From positions 9,001 to 73,000 of the forward strand of contig NW_012236500.1 of the NCBI RefSeq assembly GCF_000787575.1: a stretch of DNA of 64,000 nucleotides, read 5' to 3'. This document shows positions 10,940 to 23,256 of this stretch, piece by piece. The DNA is from Acytostelium subglobosum. Its lineage: Eukaryota. The notes beneath the pieces are model-generated. The model was not told the DNA's origin. It saw only the letters and a program-made list of their open reading frames with translations, and ran no database searches. The position numbers and the translations under genes were made by a program. Position 1 is the first letter of the stretch; each line of letters begins with the position of its first letter.

Positions 10940-11864
10940 ACCAGTTGCCCGCAGGTACTGGTGAGCATATAGTCATCTCTCTATCTCTATGTCTCTATAT
11001 ATCTCTCCTTTATCTTTGTTATCTCTTTCTTTATATGATAGTATTACTATAAGTTTGATGATTATTCATTCATTCGATGCTATATCTGTATTTGTATTTG
11101 TATATGTATATGTATATATTCAATCACTTTGCTCACTCATTCACATTCAATCAATCTCTGAGGAGTCAGCAAAGCAAACTTTAGAAAGTTGAGTCCAAGA
11201 GAGATGAGTCGGGTTGTGCGTGGGACTTGGCTTTGAAAGAGATGAAGGTGGTGGGGTCTGAAGTGAACGTGACTCCACCTTATCACTCATTCGTCAAAAA
11301 ATATCCAGATATTTCAACCAACTACTCCACGTCAACTTTGATGATGGCCCCGATGTTGAAGATCAATCAAAGAGATAATTATAATTAAATCTCTAAAGAT
11401 AAAAAGAAGTTATGTCATTAAAATTATTATTATTATTATGATTGAATATGGTTATTATCTGTTTAAAGAGATAATAATAATGATGATATTGATTGACAAG
11501 TAAGTACAACTTTGATCTTCGCATGTGACCGAATAACAGAGTGATCGAATGATTGTAGAGATTTCAATTGAAGTTCGACCACATTGAATAGTGTGTGTGT
11601 GTGTGTTTGAAAGTATCTGTCGACCTCTTTTCAACTTTGTTTCCAATTTGATTTGAATAAATATTTGTAGCCTTCCTAGAAAATTACAATTAATAAAACA
11701 TAATTATAATTTAGATCAACAAATAGATCGGGGAGGGGGAAGATTATATTATCTTATGAGTTTTGAAACAATTTGATCATCAAGTCAGTCCTTCATTGAC
11801 ATCATCAATCATATAATTACTACTTCTTTAATTAACTCAATCAAATTTATATATAATATAAACA

Positions 11865-14538
11865 ATGTCCACTACTCCATCAACAGTCATTAGGATCAAG
11901 CCTCATCATTACATCCATGTAAGTACTCAAACCTCAATCTCGTGAACTTTGACAAGAATCGATTCAAACTCATCACATGACATCATACTCATCCTTCAAC
12001 TTTACTCAATCAATCATATTAAACATATATATTTAGGTATTGGATAATAATACGAATGTTACTCGTATTGAGGTTGGACCACAGACATTCACTCGCCTTG
12101 ACCATGAGAAGGTACTCACTGCTACTCCACTGCCAATGATTCTCATCCCACCAAGAAACTATTGTATCATAGAGAACCCAGTGGTCACTGATAAGGCCGG
12201 CAAGCTGGAGCGCGACCAGTACCAGCAGCCCAAGCTGCGCCATGGAGACAAGGAGATCAGGTTCTCGCAGGAGCCATTCCCCCTGTACCCAGGCGAGGTC
12301 TTGCTCGCTGCCCCAGTGCCCCTCCAGATCGTCTTGGCCAACAACGCCCTGAGACTCAAGTGTCTGCGTGACTTTGTTGAGATTGCTGCCGACAAGAAGA
12401 CTGAGGTCGTGCACGTTGCTGGTGACGAGTGGTTGTTTGAGGGTCCAGGTACCTACTACCCACGCATTGAGGTGCAGGTTCTCGAGGGAGTCAAGGCTGT
12501 CATCATCAAGGACAACCAGGCCCTGAAGCTGCGTGCTCGTCTCGTTACAAAGGATCGCAAGGGAGTCATCCGTCAGCCAAATGAGGAGTGGTTGGTCCGC
12601 GACTCTGGTGCCTACCTCCCAGGCGTCTACGAGGAGATCGTCGGTTTCGTCCAGTCCCTTGTGTTGACTGAGCGTGTTGGTTACCACCTGTTGGCCCTGC
12701 GCTCCTTCAAGGACACATTTGGCAAGCAGAGAAAGGCCGGTGAGGAGTGGATCATCACCATCAAGGACTGCGAGACCTACATCCCAGACGTCAACGAGAA
12801 GGTCGTCCGTGACATCAAGTCCATCACCCTGACCACCCGTCAGTACTGTCTTGTCGACTCCCCAGTCGACCCAGCCACCGGAAAGAACCGTCTCGGTCAC
12901 CAAGAGATGCGTCACGGTGAGCGCACCTTCTTCCTCTTGCCAGGTGAGAACCTCGTCTCTGGCATCCAGAATGTTAACGTCCTCTCTGAGGATGAAGCCT
13001 TGCTGCTCACCTGCAAGGAGTCCTTTGGCGATGTCGTCGGCAAGGACAAGGTCAACCGTAAGCCAGGTGATCTTTGGATGATCTACGGACCATGTGACTA
13101 CATCCCACCCATCCAAGTCGACATTGTCGAGCGTCGCAAGCGTATCCCACTTGACGTCAACGAGGGAATCTACGTCCGTGACACCAAGACTGGCAAGGTC
13201 CGCTCTGTCATTGGTACCTCATACATGTTGCTCCCCAACGAGGAGAGATGGCCAAAGCCCCTGTCTCCAATCGTCGAGGAGTTGCTCAGCAAGTCCGCCA
13301 CCCGTGACGTCAACGAGGAGCACAACGAGGTTGAGCGTGACCCAACCCAGGTCGTCACCTACCGTGTGCCACACAAGGCTGCCGTCCAGATCTACGACTA
13401 CCGCAAGAAGCAGGCACGTGTCATCTTTGGACCAGAGTTGGTCATGTTGGCCCCAGATGAGGAGTTCACCGTCCTCTCGCTCTCTGGCAAGATCCCAAAG
13501 AGACCAAACCACATCCGTTCCTTGGCCCTGTTCCTCGGACCAGACTTTATGACTGATCTCATCACCGTCGAGACTGCTGACCACGCCCGTCTCTCCCTGA
13601 AGCTCTCATACAACTGGGAGTTCCAGGTTGACCAGAAGAACCCATCCCGTCTGTTCGCCACACCAGACTTCACTGGAGATCTGTGCAAGGCCACCGGCTC
13701 CCTGGTTCGTGCTGCCGTCGCCTCGTCCACCTTTGACAACTTCCACAAGCACTCTGCCGAGATCATCCAGACTGCCGTGTTTGGCAAGAACTCTGATGGA
13801 GAGTCCAACAACCGCCTGGTGTTCGAGACCAACGGTCTGGTGATCACCAACATTGATGTTCAGTCTGTTGAACCAGTCGACCAGCGTACCCTCGACTCGC
13901 TGCAAAAGTCAGTCCAGCTGGCCATCGAGATTACCACCAAGTCCCAGGAGGCAACTGCCCGTCAAGAGGCTGAGCGTCTGGACCAGATGGCCAGAGGTGA
14001 GCTCGAGCGTCAAAAGATCGTCGATGAGGCTGAGGCCGAGAAGTCTCGCTCCAACCTAGTCCGTCTGCAGGCTCAGTCTGCCAGCGTTGAGTCCACCGGT
14101 CAGGCCATCGCCGAGGCCCGTGCCCGTGCAGAGGCTGCTCTGATCGCCACCGAGTCTGAGGTGAAGAAGGCCAAGCTGGAGTGCCAGGCTTCTGAGATTG
14201 AGGCCACCGCCGAGTTGGAGGAGGAGATCGCCAAGCAAGAGATGGAGCTCGAGCACATCAACCAGCTGAACGAGATGGAGATCTCCAAGGCAAGAGAGAT
14301 GGCTACCATCGAGGTTGGCAAGTTCTCCAACCAGGTCTCTGCCCTCGGTACCGAGACCATCAAGGCCATCGCCCAGGCCGGTCCAGAGATGCAGGCCAAG
14401 TTGCTCTCGGGTCTCGGACTCAAGACCGTCTTGCTCACCGACGGTACCTCGCCCATCAACCTGTTCAACGCTGCCAACGGTCTCATTGGAGGTAACAGCG
14501 CATCGCCAGCCTTCTCTGGATTCTCTGATGAGGAGTAA
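11865..14538 (+). CDS. mvp: Major vault protein. Exon 1 is 11865..11918, the intron is 11919..12036, and exon 2 is 12037..14538.
   Basis: Exon 1 ([18 protein letters not shown]) plus exon 2 ([18 protein letters not shown]) matches the conserved MVP N-terminus ([28 protein letters not shown]). Downstream are multiple vault repeats and a C-terminal coiled-coil region ([24 protein letters not shown]..). Confidence 0.9.
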
Positions 14539-14881
14539 ACTACTACTTCATCGAGCTCGACGTCCATCCTGAGTTAGGAACCAATCCAAAAAAAACAACA
14601 ACATCCTCACAGCATGAACCTAAACCATTCATGCTTTATTAATTAAACACAAAGTGTACATATTTTTTGTATTTGATTGACATGTCTTGCCCTGCCCTTG
14701 CCTTTACCCTTGAACTAACCTGGAATGAACCCTGAGAGATCATCACGCATTCATTGCTCAAAAAAACGAAGAAAAAAGGGTGTCATTTTGTTCATTCGTT
14801 CGTTTCGCTTGTTTGAAACAGATAATCAATCAATTGTGTTCTCTGTAATTGAACAGATACACATACATATTATATATAGAG

Positions 14882-17800
14882 ATGATGAAGGAAAAGGAGA
14901 AACAATCATCATCGTCGACGGCGACAAAGTCTACAAAGTCTAAAGATGCTTCATCAACATCATCAACGTTGAAACGAAAGAAGACTGATGATACAGTATC
15001 ATCAACAACAACGACAACAGCAACAGTTGCCAACACTACTACTGCTACCTCTACCGCCAGCACGAACAAGAAACAAAAGAATAGCACGACCTCTGTCAAT
15101 GCCACCCCAGCACTACCAATCGACAATGCACCGACCTGGGACGGCACAACAGCAATCGAATCACTCACTGTTGGGGAGTTGATCGAATCTCTAAAAGGTA
15201 TGTCAACAAGAGCATTGACATTGACTCATTGTCGTCTCGCCCGCGTCACTCGCTCACTCATTCATTCGCTCAATCACTTAGGCAAGCAAATCAATCTTAG
15301 AATACAGGTGGCGGAATACTTGTTGGAACATAGGATTGCAGGATTGTCAGAGAAGAGTGGACATCTGTTGATGTGGGCAATGGACGTTGTGTTGAAGACT
15401 TATAGTAATTATAGGAGCAGAGCTTTGGAGGGCGTGTCAGACCCGCTCTGCTATCAAGTGCGATACTGGTCGTTAATCAAGCGCATCATTGAGAAGATCG
15501 ATGTTGCCTCCACCAACGTGCAACTGACGTCCGAGCACCTGGTCTCATTCCTCGAGTTCATATTCAACGCCATGTCCAACTTTGTCAAGTCGCCAGCGCC
15601 TCTGGCCGTGGCCACAGCGACATCGACTTCGGCTTCGGCCTCGACATCCAATGCGATGGATACAAATGGCGACGCGAACAGTGGCACCACATCATCAAGC
15701 AGCAGTAGCAACAACAAGAAGTTGAAGAAGTTCCAGGTGTCGTCTTCGCCACCCCCACCCCTGGCGCTGATACCACTGGCGTCGGACATCATAAAGCACG
15801 CACTGCCGCTGTTCCTCGCCGTGGACATCCTGCGTGAGATGCCCCTGTTCTTTGAAGCCATTCACCCGCTGCTCATTCACGCGATACGCAAGCACCAGCA
15901 AGACGAGCAGCTCATTGTCATCTTTGGCCTGGTGCGCCACCTTCTCGAATATCTCGTGCACCAAGTTCAGGTGCGCAGCAACTCCAGACATCTTCAAACG
16001 ATCGTACTCAATCTGTTGCCATACCTGTTGACATACCGCCACTCAATCCAATGTTTGTTGGCACGCGCCAATACACAGACGGAACCAGCGGCAGCCACTG
16101 CGCACGGCCTGACCATAGGCTGCATCGACCAGCTTCTCCAATGGGCGCTGTTCCATCCAGACTCGCATTGGGCATCATACACGACCATCCTGTTCCAAGG
16201 CTGGATCGCCGAGGTCGAACAGCCCAAGACACCATCCAAGAAGTCAAAGGACAGCGGGTACTTGTCATCCTCGCAGTCAACCACGCCCACAGCCACATCA
16301 CCAACATCATCATCCTTGAACTCGTCAACATCGGGAACATCAACAAAGGGCAAGGAGTCCTCAGCAGACTCCAATGCCGCATCAAGTTTGTTCCAGGGCC
16401 AGGCCATCCTGGATCGATTCCAACAGATCATCACAAACAAAGAGTCACTGTCGCCGGCCACGTATGATGATGCCCCACTCGAGAATGTTGTGTTGGGTTG
16501 CCTGCCACAGCTTCTCAGACTATTCGCCGTGCAGCTGAGCCAGTACGGCATTCGCCACATCACCGACTTTGCCAAGTATGACAACGACTCGACGCTGACC
16601 GAGCTCAAGAAGGTGCAGTTGCTAGAGTTTGCTTTCTTCCGCAAGCTGTTCCTCATGTTCCTCAGCGGCGGCTACTCTCCCAAGTTCAACCAGGCACTGA
16701 TCAACAAACATCCATCGTCGTACTTTAGCGCAATGTCTGCGCTACTCGCCACGCTCTCTGACATGAACATCTTCTACCAGGACAATGACAATCAGATGCG
16801 CTTCCTCCAGCTCCAGCTCGAGGTGACCGTGCGCATCGTCTCGCAGCCCAAGGCGCCAGTCGAGCAAATGTCCGGCGCACTCCAACTCCTCGCCTCCTTT
16901 GCCAAGATCAGCCATGTCATCGTCGATCCACACCTCCACACAATCTTCCACAGTCTGCTATCTTCCCCGCAACAGGCACAGGGCACGACGTCGACTGTGC
17001 AGGCGCACTCAGACAACCTTCTCCACACACTCTTCGACACTTACCTGGCCATTCGTCAAAGTGACAACCTCATTGATAAGCTGAACAAGACGATCATCAG
17101 TGGCAAGCTGAGGTCGATGTGCATTGACAAGTTGACAAACAGACGCGTATTGGACAAGCTGGCCACGCACTTTGCCGCGCTGCCATTTGGTCAGGTGCCA
17201 CTGATTTGGAACCAGTTCTTTGACGTGTGGCGCGACTACTTCTCACTTCAGATCAATGAAGGCGATGATATTCGAGACCCACTACTTATTGAGCGACTCA
17301 CATGCTTCGCCTCCATCTGGTCCACATTCCTGGACAACATTCAAATGACAACATTCGTCACTCAGAAGTTGGAGAAGCAACTCGATCAGACATTCTCATT
17401 GATCGTTGACCCACTCCTAAACACCATCGCCAAGGCCAAGGGCAAGTCATCATCCTCATCCAAGTCATCGTCCAAGTCGTCCAAGTCCAAGGACACCCCA
17501 TCCAAGTCGTCATCAAAGTCCAAGGATGTAGAGATTGACACTGGCATGGACTCTTCCAAGTATGTATACAATCAATCACTCACTCAAACATGTTCCATTA
17601 CTAACCCTCGCCTCGCCTTGCCCTAACCTCCTCATCCTAGCTCCGCATTGATTCACAACATGTTGACGATATATAACAGTTACAGCCAGCTTCACTCGTT
17701 CGTGCACAGACTGTCGATCGCCAAGGATACTGAGGGCGCGAACAAGTACAACTACCATCGTCAACAATTCACATATTATCAAAGATACGAGACAGAGTTG

Positions 17801-20800
17801 GAGCCTTCCAAGATATTGGGCTATCTCATAACATTGTTCGATGGTGACAGCCAGACCTCTGGCATCACAACCGACTTACAGACGACCATACTCACACTGG
17901 CCATCAGTAGAGTGCAACAGCTCAACTCATTGTTGCAATCGGTGCCCAATCATCAGGCTGAGAAGGTCACCGCTAAGAAGATTAGTAGCGTGCATTTGTC
18001 ATCACTGGAACATCATGCACCCAGTGACATCACAAAGGAGATGCAGTTCATTGTATACAAGGTGTTGGAGCGACTAAAGTCAAACACTGAGCTGGAACAC
18101 ATGTGGAAGTTGGTGTTGGACAACATCTGTATCTGGTGCGACTATGCCACACCCAAGCACATCCAATACGTCCTTACCAAGATGATCAGACAAGGAGGCG
18201 TCAACCCCAGCTCACAGACACAGGCTCAATCACTCTTTACCAACGTCCTCACCAACTCCCAGTTCTACGAGATCGAGTCGTTCAGAGGTATGTCCCACTC
18301 AATCACTCGATCACTCAATCGTACATCTTGGAATGATTCCGACACTTACTAACCTTGATCACTAAATATCATTCATTATCCAGAACAATTCCCAACAATG
18401 TTGGCCAAGGAGGTGCAGCGAGCAGTTGAACATTTGATCACTGGATCAAAGACACAGAAGAAGATGGCGACGTTGTTCAGTGCGATTGGCGAGAACTTGA
18501 GTGGACATGATGATTGCCAGAGTTTCTCAGAGATTGTCCAACTGATCACCTCGACGCTCAAGTCACTGGAGCTGAGTGCCAAGGACCTGCTGCAGGACCA
18601 AGACGTCTGGAACCACTTGGCCTGGCTCCTGGCCCTCATACCCGCAATGAACGCAAGCTACATCCAGGTGGACTGTGTCGGCACACTCACACTGCTGCCC
18701 GTGATCATCGACATTGTGATCAGCGCCATCGAGTTGGACGACGGCAACGACAAGGCATTCACCGAGATGGTGTACCGTGCGCTGCTGGCCAACAGGAAGC
18801 TGCTCAAGTACTGTCTTCAGAAGGACCAGTCGCGCCTCGTCCAGATCATCCCGCTCAGCATTTGGATCTCGATCGTCTTCAACAACAGCAAGAGCACCGC
18901 GAGCTTTGAGCACGTGGTCGACAACGTCGGCCTGATCACACATCACCTCAACGACATCCAGCACATCATTGCGTCGGAGCTGTGGGAGAAGCACCCGATG
19001 GACTTCACCGAGCTCACTGAGCTGGCCATGAAGGAGAACAAACATTCTTCAAAGGACTCGTTTGGCAGCGGTGGCGTCGGCATCATCCTCAAGTCCATCG
19101 TGGACAGCGTTGAGAACGGCTTCAAGAAGAGCCTGCCCTCCGACCTCGAGGAACAGCTGCAGTGTCTTGACAAGCCCGTTCACAAGTTTATCGACGAACT
19201 GGTCGTCACGCCCAAGGACGGGTTGGCGGCCATCCTCAGCAAGCGTCGCGATCAACTCGAGACCACAGTATACTATCTCTGGCTGTCGATATCCAAGGCC
19301 GACCCATCGACCATGTCACGTGTGGAGCGATTGGACATCACACCAGAGGAGGCTGACACTGTGATCAAGCTGGCACGCGCAATTGGCCCATTCATCAGCA
19401 ACTTGAACCCACAGAACATTGCCAAAGTACCAATTACCCTGCAGACGAGCATCGTCTCACTCCTCGACCTCTGCTCCAAGATCTCTGCCAACATCATCCT
19501 GCAGCGCAAGAACAATGGCACTGACGCCACCTCATCAGACACACGCAATACCACCCTCCAAGAGTCGTCCTACCTCGTCTCCCTTCATCTCTATCTCATT
19601 GGATTGTATCCAGGTACGGTATCTACTTGTGATGTGATTAATCAATCATAAACTAACTTACATGGAAACATTCCCCTCCCCCTCCCACGCCACCACAGTC
19701 CAATCCAAGTTGTCCAAACAACTCTCCAACTCATTGCTTCACTTTGGCCAGCACAATCAGATTGATAACTTCATGCCAATGCTCGTGCAGTTGTTGTCCA
19801 ACGAACATTTGAAGGAGCAACAATTCCAGGTTCTACACATCATCAATCTGTTGATCAACTCTGGCACGCGACAGATGTTGCCAGCTGTTCTGTCCAGCCT
19901 CATTGAGACATGTGTCAGTGTCGTGTACAGCTGTGTCTCGCACTCTGAGCCACACACCCAGCACCCTCTGCTCAACAACGCGCTAATGCTACTGGCCAAG
20001 CTGGCAGACCGTGTCAACCCTCAACAATCTGGCGGCGAGGCCATGCAAACGATCATGACCATCTTCTTGGCATTCGAGGGACCATTCGTGTACTCTGTGC
20101 CACGCTCACTAAAGTCATACCAAGCCGAGCAATCATACGACACGCTCCCGATGGAGGTGGTCGACTTCCAGATCGTGGCCGCGTCGCAGTCCCAGACCTC
20201 CCACCCAACGCGCCACATCAAGATGGACAGCGAGTTGTTCACCAACCTATGTCGTCTGCTGTACAGCGTCCAGAGGTCAAAGGGCAAGCACTTTGTCAAG
20301 CTGATATCACCATTCATCAACTGTCTCCGATACCTGTTGTTTGGATTGGCCAACGATGATTATGGACTGGATGATCGATGTGCCAGGAGTCTGTCCAGAC
20401 TCTTGGAGGACTTTAGCAAGTTCAAAGATGCCAAGAACTATCTACATCATATCATCTTGGATTATATCAACATACTTACATATCAACCCTCTGCTGCTAC
20501 TGCCTCAGTAGCGTCATCCACAAGTACATCATCAACCTCATCAATCTCATCAACAACAACATCCACTTCCAACAACAAACATCCAGAACACCAACAACAA
20601 AGACACAAACTCAAACAGGTTCAATATTACTTGACAATCGATATCCGTCGGTCATTACAACCTGGACTGATTGCAGTCTTTGGATCCATTGACAACACAA
20701 TGTATGTTATCTCCCTTGTACCACTTCCATCACTCGTCCAGTCACTAACAATCCATATCCCATTCACATGAATTATATTTACAGGCGTGAGAGCTTATTC

Positions 20801-20881
20801 AAATCACTTGGCGATGAGTCCAAGGGTCATTTCAAGACATTGTACGAGCAGCATCAAAGCGAACGATACACTGGAAAGTAA
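14882..20881 (+). CDS. Large (~1,900 aa) protein with a Ser/Thr-rich N-terminus, tentatively Urb2/Npa2-like nucleolar. Six exons: 14882..15197, 15282..17559, 17641..18287, 18384..19613, 19699..20701 and 20785..20881.
   Basis: Five GTATGT/GTACGG donors pair with ..AG acceptors, and every junction keeps a single frame (phases checked). The introns are 81-96 nt and caatca/cactca-rich. The C-terminus (LKQVQYYLTIDIRRSLQPGLIAVFGSIDNTMY / RESLFKSLGDESKGHFKTLYEQHQSERYTGK) resembles the Urb2 C-terminal domain. The product call is low confidence. The 84-nt intron 1 is in frame and could alternatively be read through. Confidence 0.7.
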
Positions 20882-21115
20882 ACAAAGTCATATTACTGTT
20901 ATATCAATATCACACATTGATTGATATTAATTGTGAGTTTATTTAAATATATTATTATTATTATTATTATTTGTTTGAAGTTCATTTATAAATACTTCAG
21001 AAAAACGAAAAATATTCGAATATTTTTGAATATCTCATCGAATTCAAACGAAAGTTGAAGATTTTCAAAGTTGTAACGGCACGACCGTTCACATTATAGA
21101 TAGATAGAAATATAG

Positions 21116-23152
21116 ATGTCAAGTATATTACCTCCATTATTATTACAAGAAGTTGTACATTTTATTAAAGATGATATTGATAAGTTATCATTTGCATTAG
21201 CATGCAAGTCTCATTATAAATACATTCACAGATGGGCACGATGGATGGTCATTGTCGATATGACCAACAGACCAAAGAGGTCTGGTCGTGGCTATCGTAA
21301 AAAAGCACCAGATACAACAACTACAACAACTGATGACAACAACAACAACAACAACAACAACACCCAAGTCCAAGTTAAAGCAAAGCCAAAGAAGCCAACA
21401 ACTAAAGTTGAACCACCACTACCACCTCAACTATGTCAATCACCTCAATACCTTTGGCATTATATTGTCAAGGCCAAGGATATACCTTATGATATATCAA
21501 GGTCACTCACTAGACTGGTGATGGGCGATCTATTCAAAGGACCTGTTAAATACGAGATGTTTCCTGAATCATTGACCGAACTCCATCTTGGATATATGTT
21601 CAATCAAACAATTGGCCCATCACTACTACCTCACTCATTGACCGTGCTCGAGTTTGGTCACCACTTCAATCAACCATTGGATCGCATATCATTGCCGCCC
21701 TTCCTCGTCAAGCTAACATTTGGACCAGCTTTCGCCTCACAAATCCCTCACAACAAGTTGCCAAACACACTCCTCCACCTGAACCTTGGCTACGCCCATG
21801 CGAAAGAATTCATTGGTTACAGCTCATCCATCAAGATACAAGATGGCGCACTACCTCCCGATCTCAACACCCTGTTCTGCCATGATAGATGGATACTGCC
21901 AGACCAACTTCCGGCATCGATCAGATTGGTTCGTACCAAGTTCGAACTCATGAGATTCCACAACGTCTGTCCCCATTGGTTCTACAAACACAACCCGCAT
22001 GTTGGCATGGAGATCTCCCTCCACGACCAGAGCTACAAGGCAACATCGCACCACCACCTGCCACTGACCAATCTATACATGTCGCATGAAGAGCCAAAGC
22101 TTACTGCACTGCCGTCGACAATCAAAGTACTGGCGATCAATTATTTGAACGAGGAGCTGCAGGTTGGCATGTTGCCATTGGGTCTCACCGAATTTCACAT
22201 GGGAGAATTGTACAACCTTCCGATCGAACCTGGACACCTGCCGGACAAGTTACGAGTGTTGGTCTTGAGCGTTCGGTTCAAGCAACCTTTGAAGATTGGC
22301 GTTCTACCACAGTCTCTTACGGAACTCACTTTTGGCAACAAGTTCAATAGTGAGATTGGTGTTGGTGTGCTTCCGCCGAACCTGGTGTCGCTCAAGTTTG
22401 GAAACCGCTTTGGTCATGGTATGGGCGCTGGCGTCCTACCACAATCTCTCCAAATGCTACGTCTTGGACGTGGCTTTGCGGGACTCGTCGACGACGTGGT
22501 CATACCAAGCGGAATACGCTACTTGGACATGCACGCGCACGTTGATTTCGTCAAGTATCTTGCTCAGTGTCCATCGCTCGACACCTTGAAGCTCCGCATC
22601 CTTGACACACCATATCGGAGGTTCTCCAATGCCGTCGTCAAAGTCCCGTCCACCGTCACATCACTCAAGCTGACAATCAGAGGACGGTCGGCAAATGCCA
22701 GGGAGTACATCACCAACCTGCTGAAGGACAATCCACAGCTCACTGGCTTCAGCGTCAAGATTCAGAAAGACACATATAATATACGATTCCTCGATGGGCA
22801 ATCACAGGACAACAACCAGTTGGCAGTGTGTGTCTGTCACCTCAAGAACAACTTGGACTCGAGCAAGCTGACATTCTTCAAAATGGACCAATTCCTCTCG
22901 CGGACAACTACATTCAAGGTGTTCAATCCATTCTTTGTTGAGCAAAACAGAATGGGAGACCTCCTTGACGATCGTACTGATGAGAGTAACAGTGAAGGTT
23001 TTATGGATACCAGCAGCGACGACGATTTTGACGATAGTGACGATGACTTTAATTTCTTTGATCGTCGAAAATATCAACCTTATCGCTGGGATTCATCCGA
23101 CGATGATTGGGATTCATCCGGTGATTGGGATTCATCCGATGATTATTATTAA
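21116..23152 (+). CDS. F-box-like N-terminus + FNIP-repeat protein with an acidic DW-repeat tail
   Basis: N-terminus: LPPLLLQEVVHFIKDDIDKLSFALACKSHYKYIHRWARW. About 15 units of LP.SLT.L.FG..FNQ.I/L follow. Family C-terminal block: QLAVCVCHLKNN..KLTFFKMDQFL..TTFKVFNPFF. Tail: WDSSDDDWDSSGDWDSSDDYY. Single intact 678-codon ORF. Confidence 0.8.
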   Translation: MSSILPPLLLQEVVHFIKDDIDKLSFALACKSHYKYIHRWARWMVIVDMTNRPKRSGRGYRKKAPDTTTTTTDDNNNNNNNNTQVQVKAKPKKPTTKVEPPLPPQLCQSPQYLWHYIVKAKDIPYDISRSLTRLVMGDLFKGPVKYEMFPESLTELHLGYMFNQTIGPSLLPHSLTVLEFGHHFNQPLDRISLPPFLVKLTFGPAFASQIPHNKLPNTLLHLNLGYAHAKEFIGYSSSIKIQDGALPPDLNTLFCHDRWILPDQLPASIRLVRTKFELMRFHNVCPHWFYKHNPHVGMEISLHDQSYKATSHHHLPLTNLYMSHEEPKLTALPSTIKVLAINYLNEELQVGMLPLGLTEFHMGELYNLPIEPGHLPDKLRVLVLSVRFKQPLKIGVLPQSLTELTFGNKFNSEIGVGVLPPNLVSLKFGNRFGHGMGAGVLPQSLQMLRLGRGFAGLVDDVVIPSGIRYLDMHAHVDFVKYLAQCPSLDTLKLRILDTPYRRFSNAVVKVPSTVTSLKLTIRGRSANAREYITNLLKDNPQLTGFSVKIQKDTYNIRFLDGQSQDNNQLAVCVCHLKNNLDSSKLTFFKMDQFLSRTTTFKVFNPFFVEQNRMGDLLDDRTDESNSEGFMDTSSDDDFDDSDDDFNFFDRRKYQPYRWDSSDDDWDSSGDWDSSDDYY

Positions 23153-23256
23153 AGATAAATAAATAAAGTGATTGATCAATCCTAAAAAGGAAATTTGATG
23201 AAGCCACACAAAATCTTGGATCAATACCGTTTGGACCAAACATAATATAGAGATAG

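Noticed and set aside
15198-15281. Reading the 84-nt segment in the large gene as coding (..GMSTRALTLTHCRLARVTRSLIHSLNHL..) and not as an intron.
   Set aside because: It begins GTATGT, ends cacttag, is cactca/cattca-rich like every other intron here, and is a multiple of 3, so either reading keeps frame. I favour the intron but flag it as uncertain.
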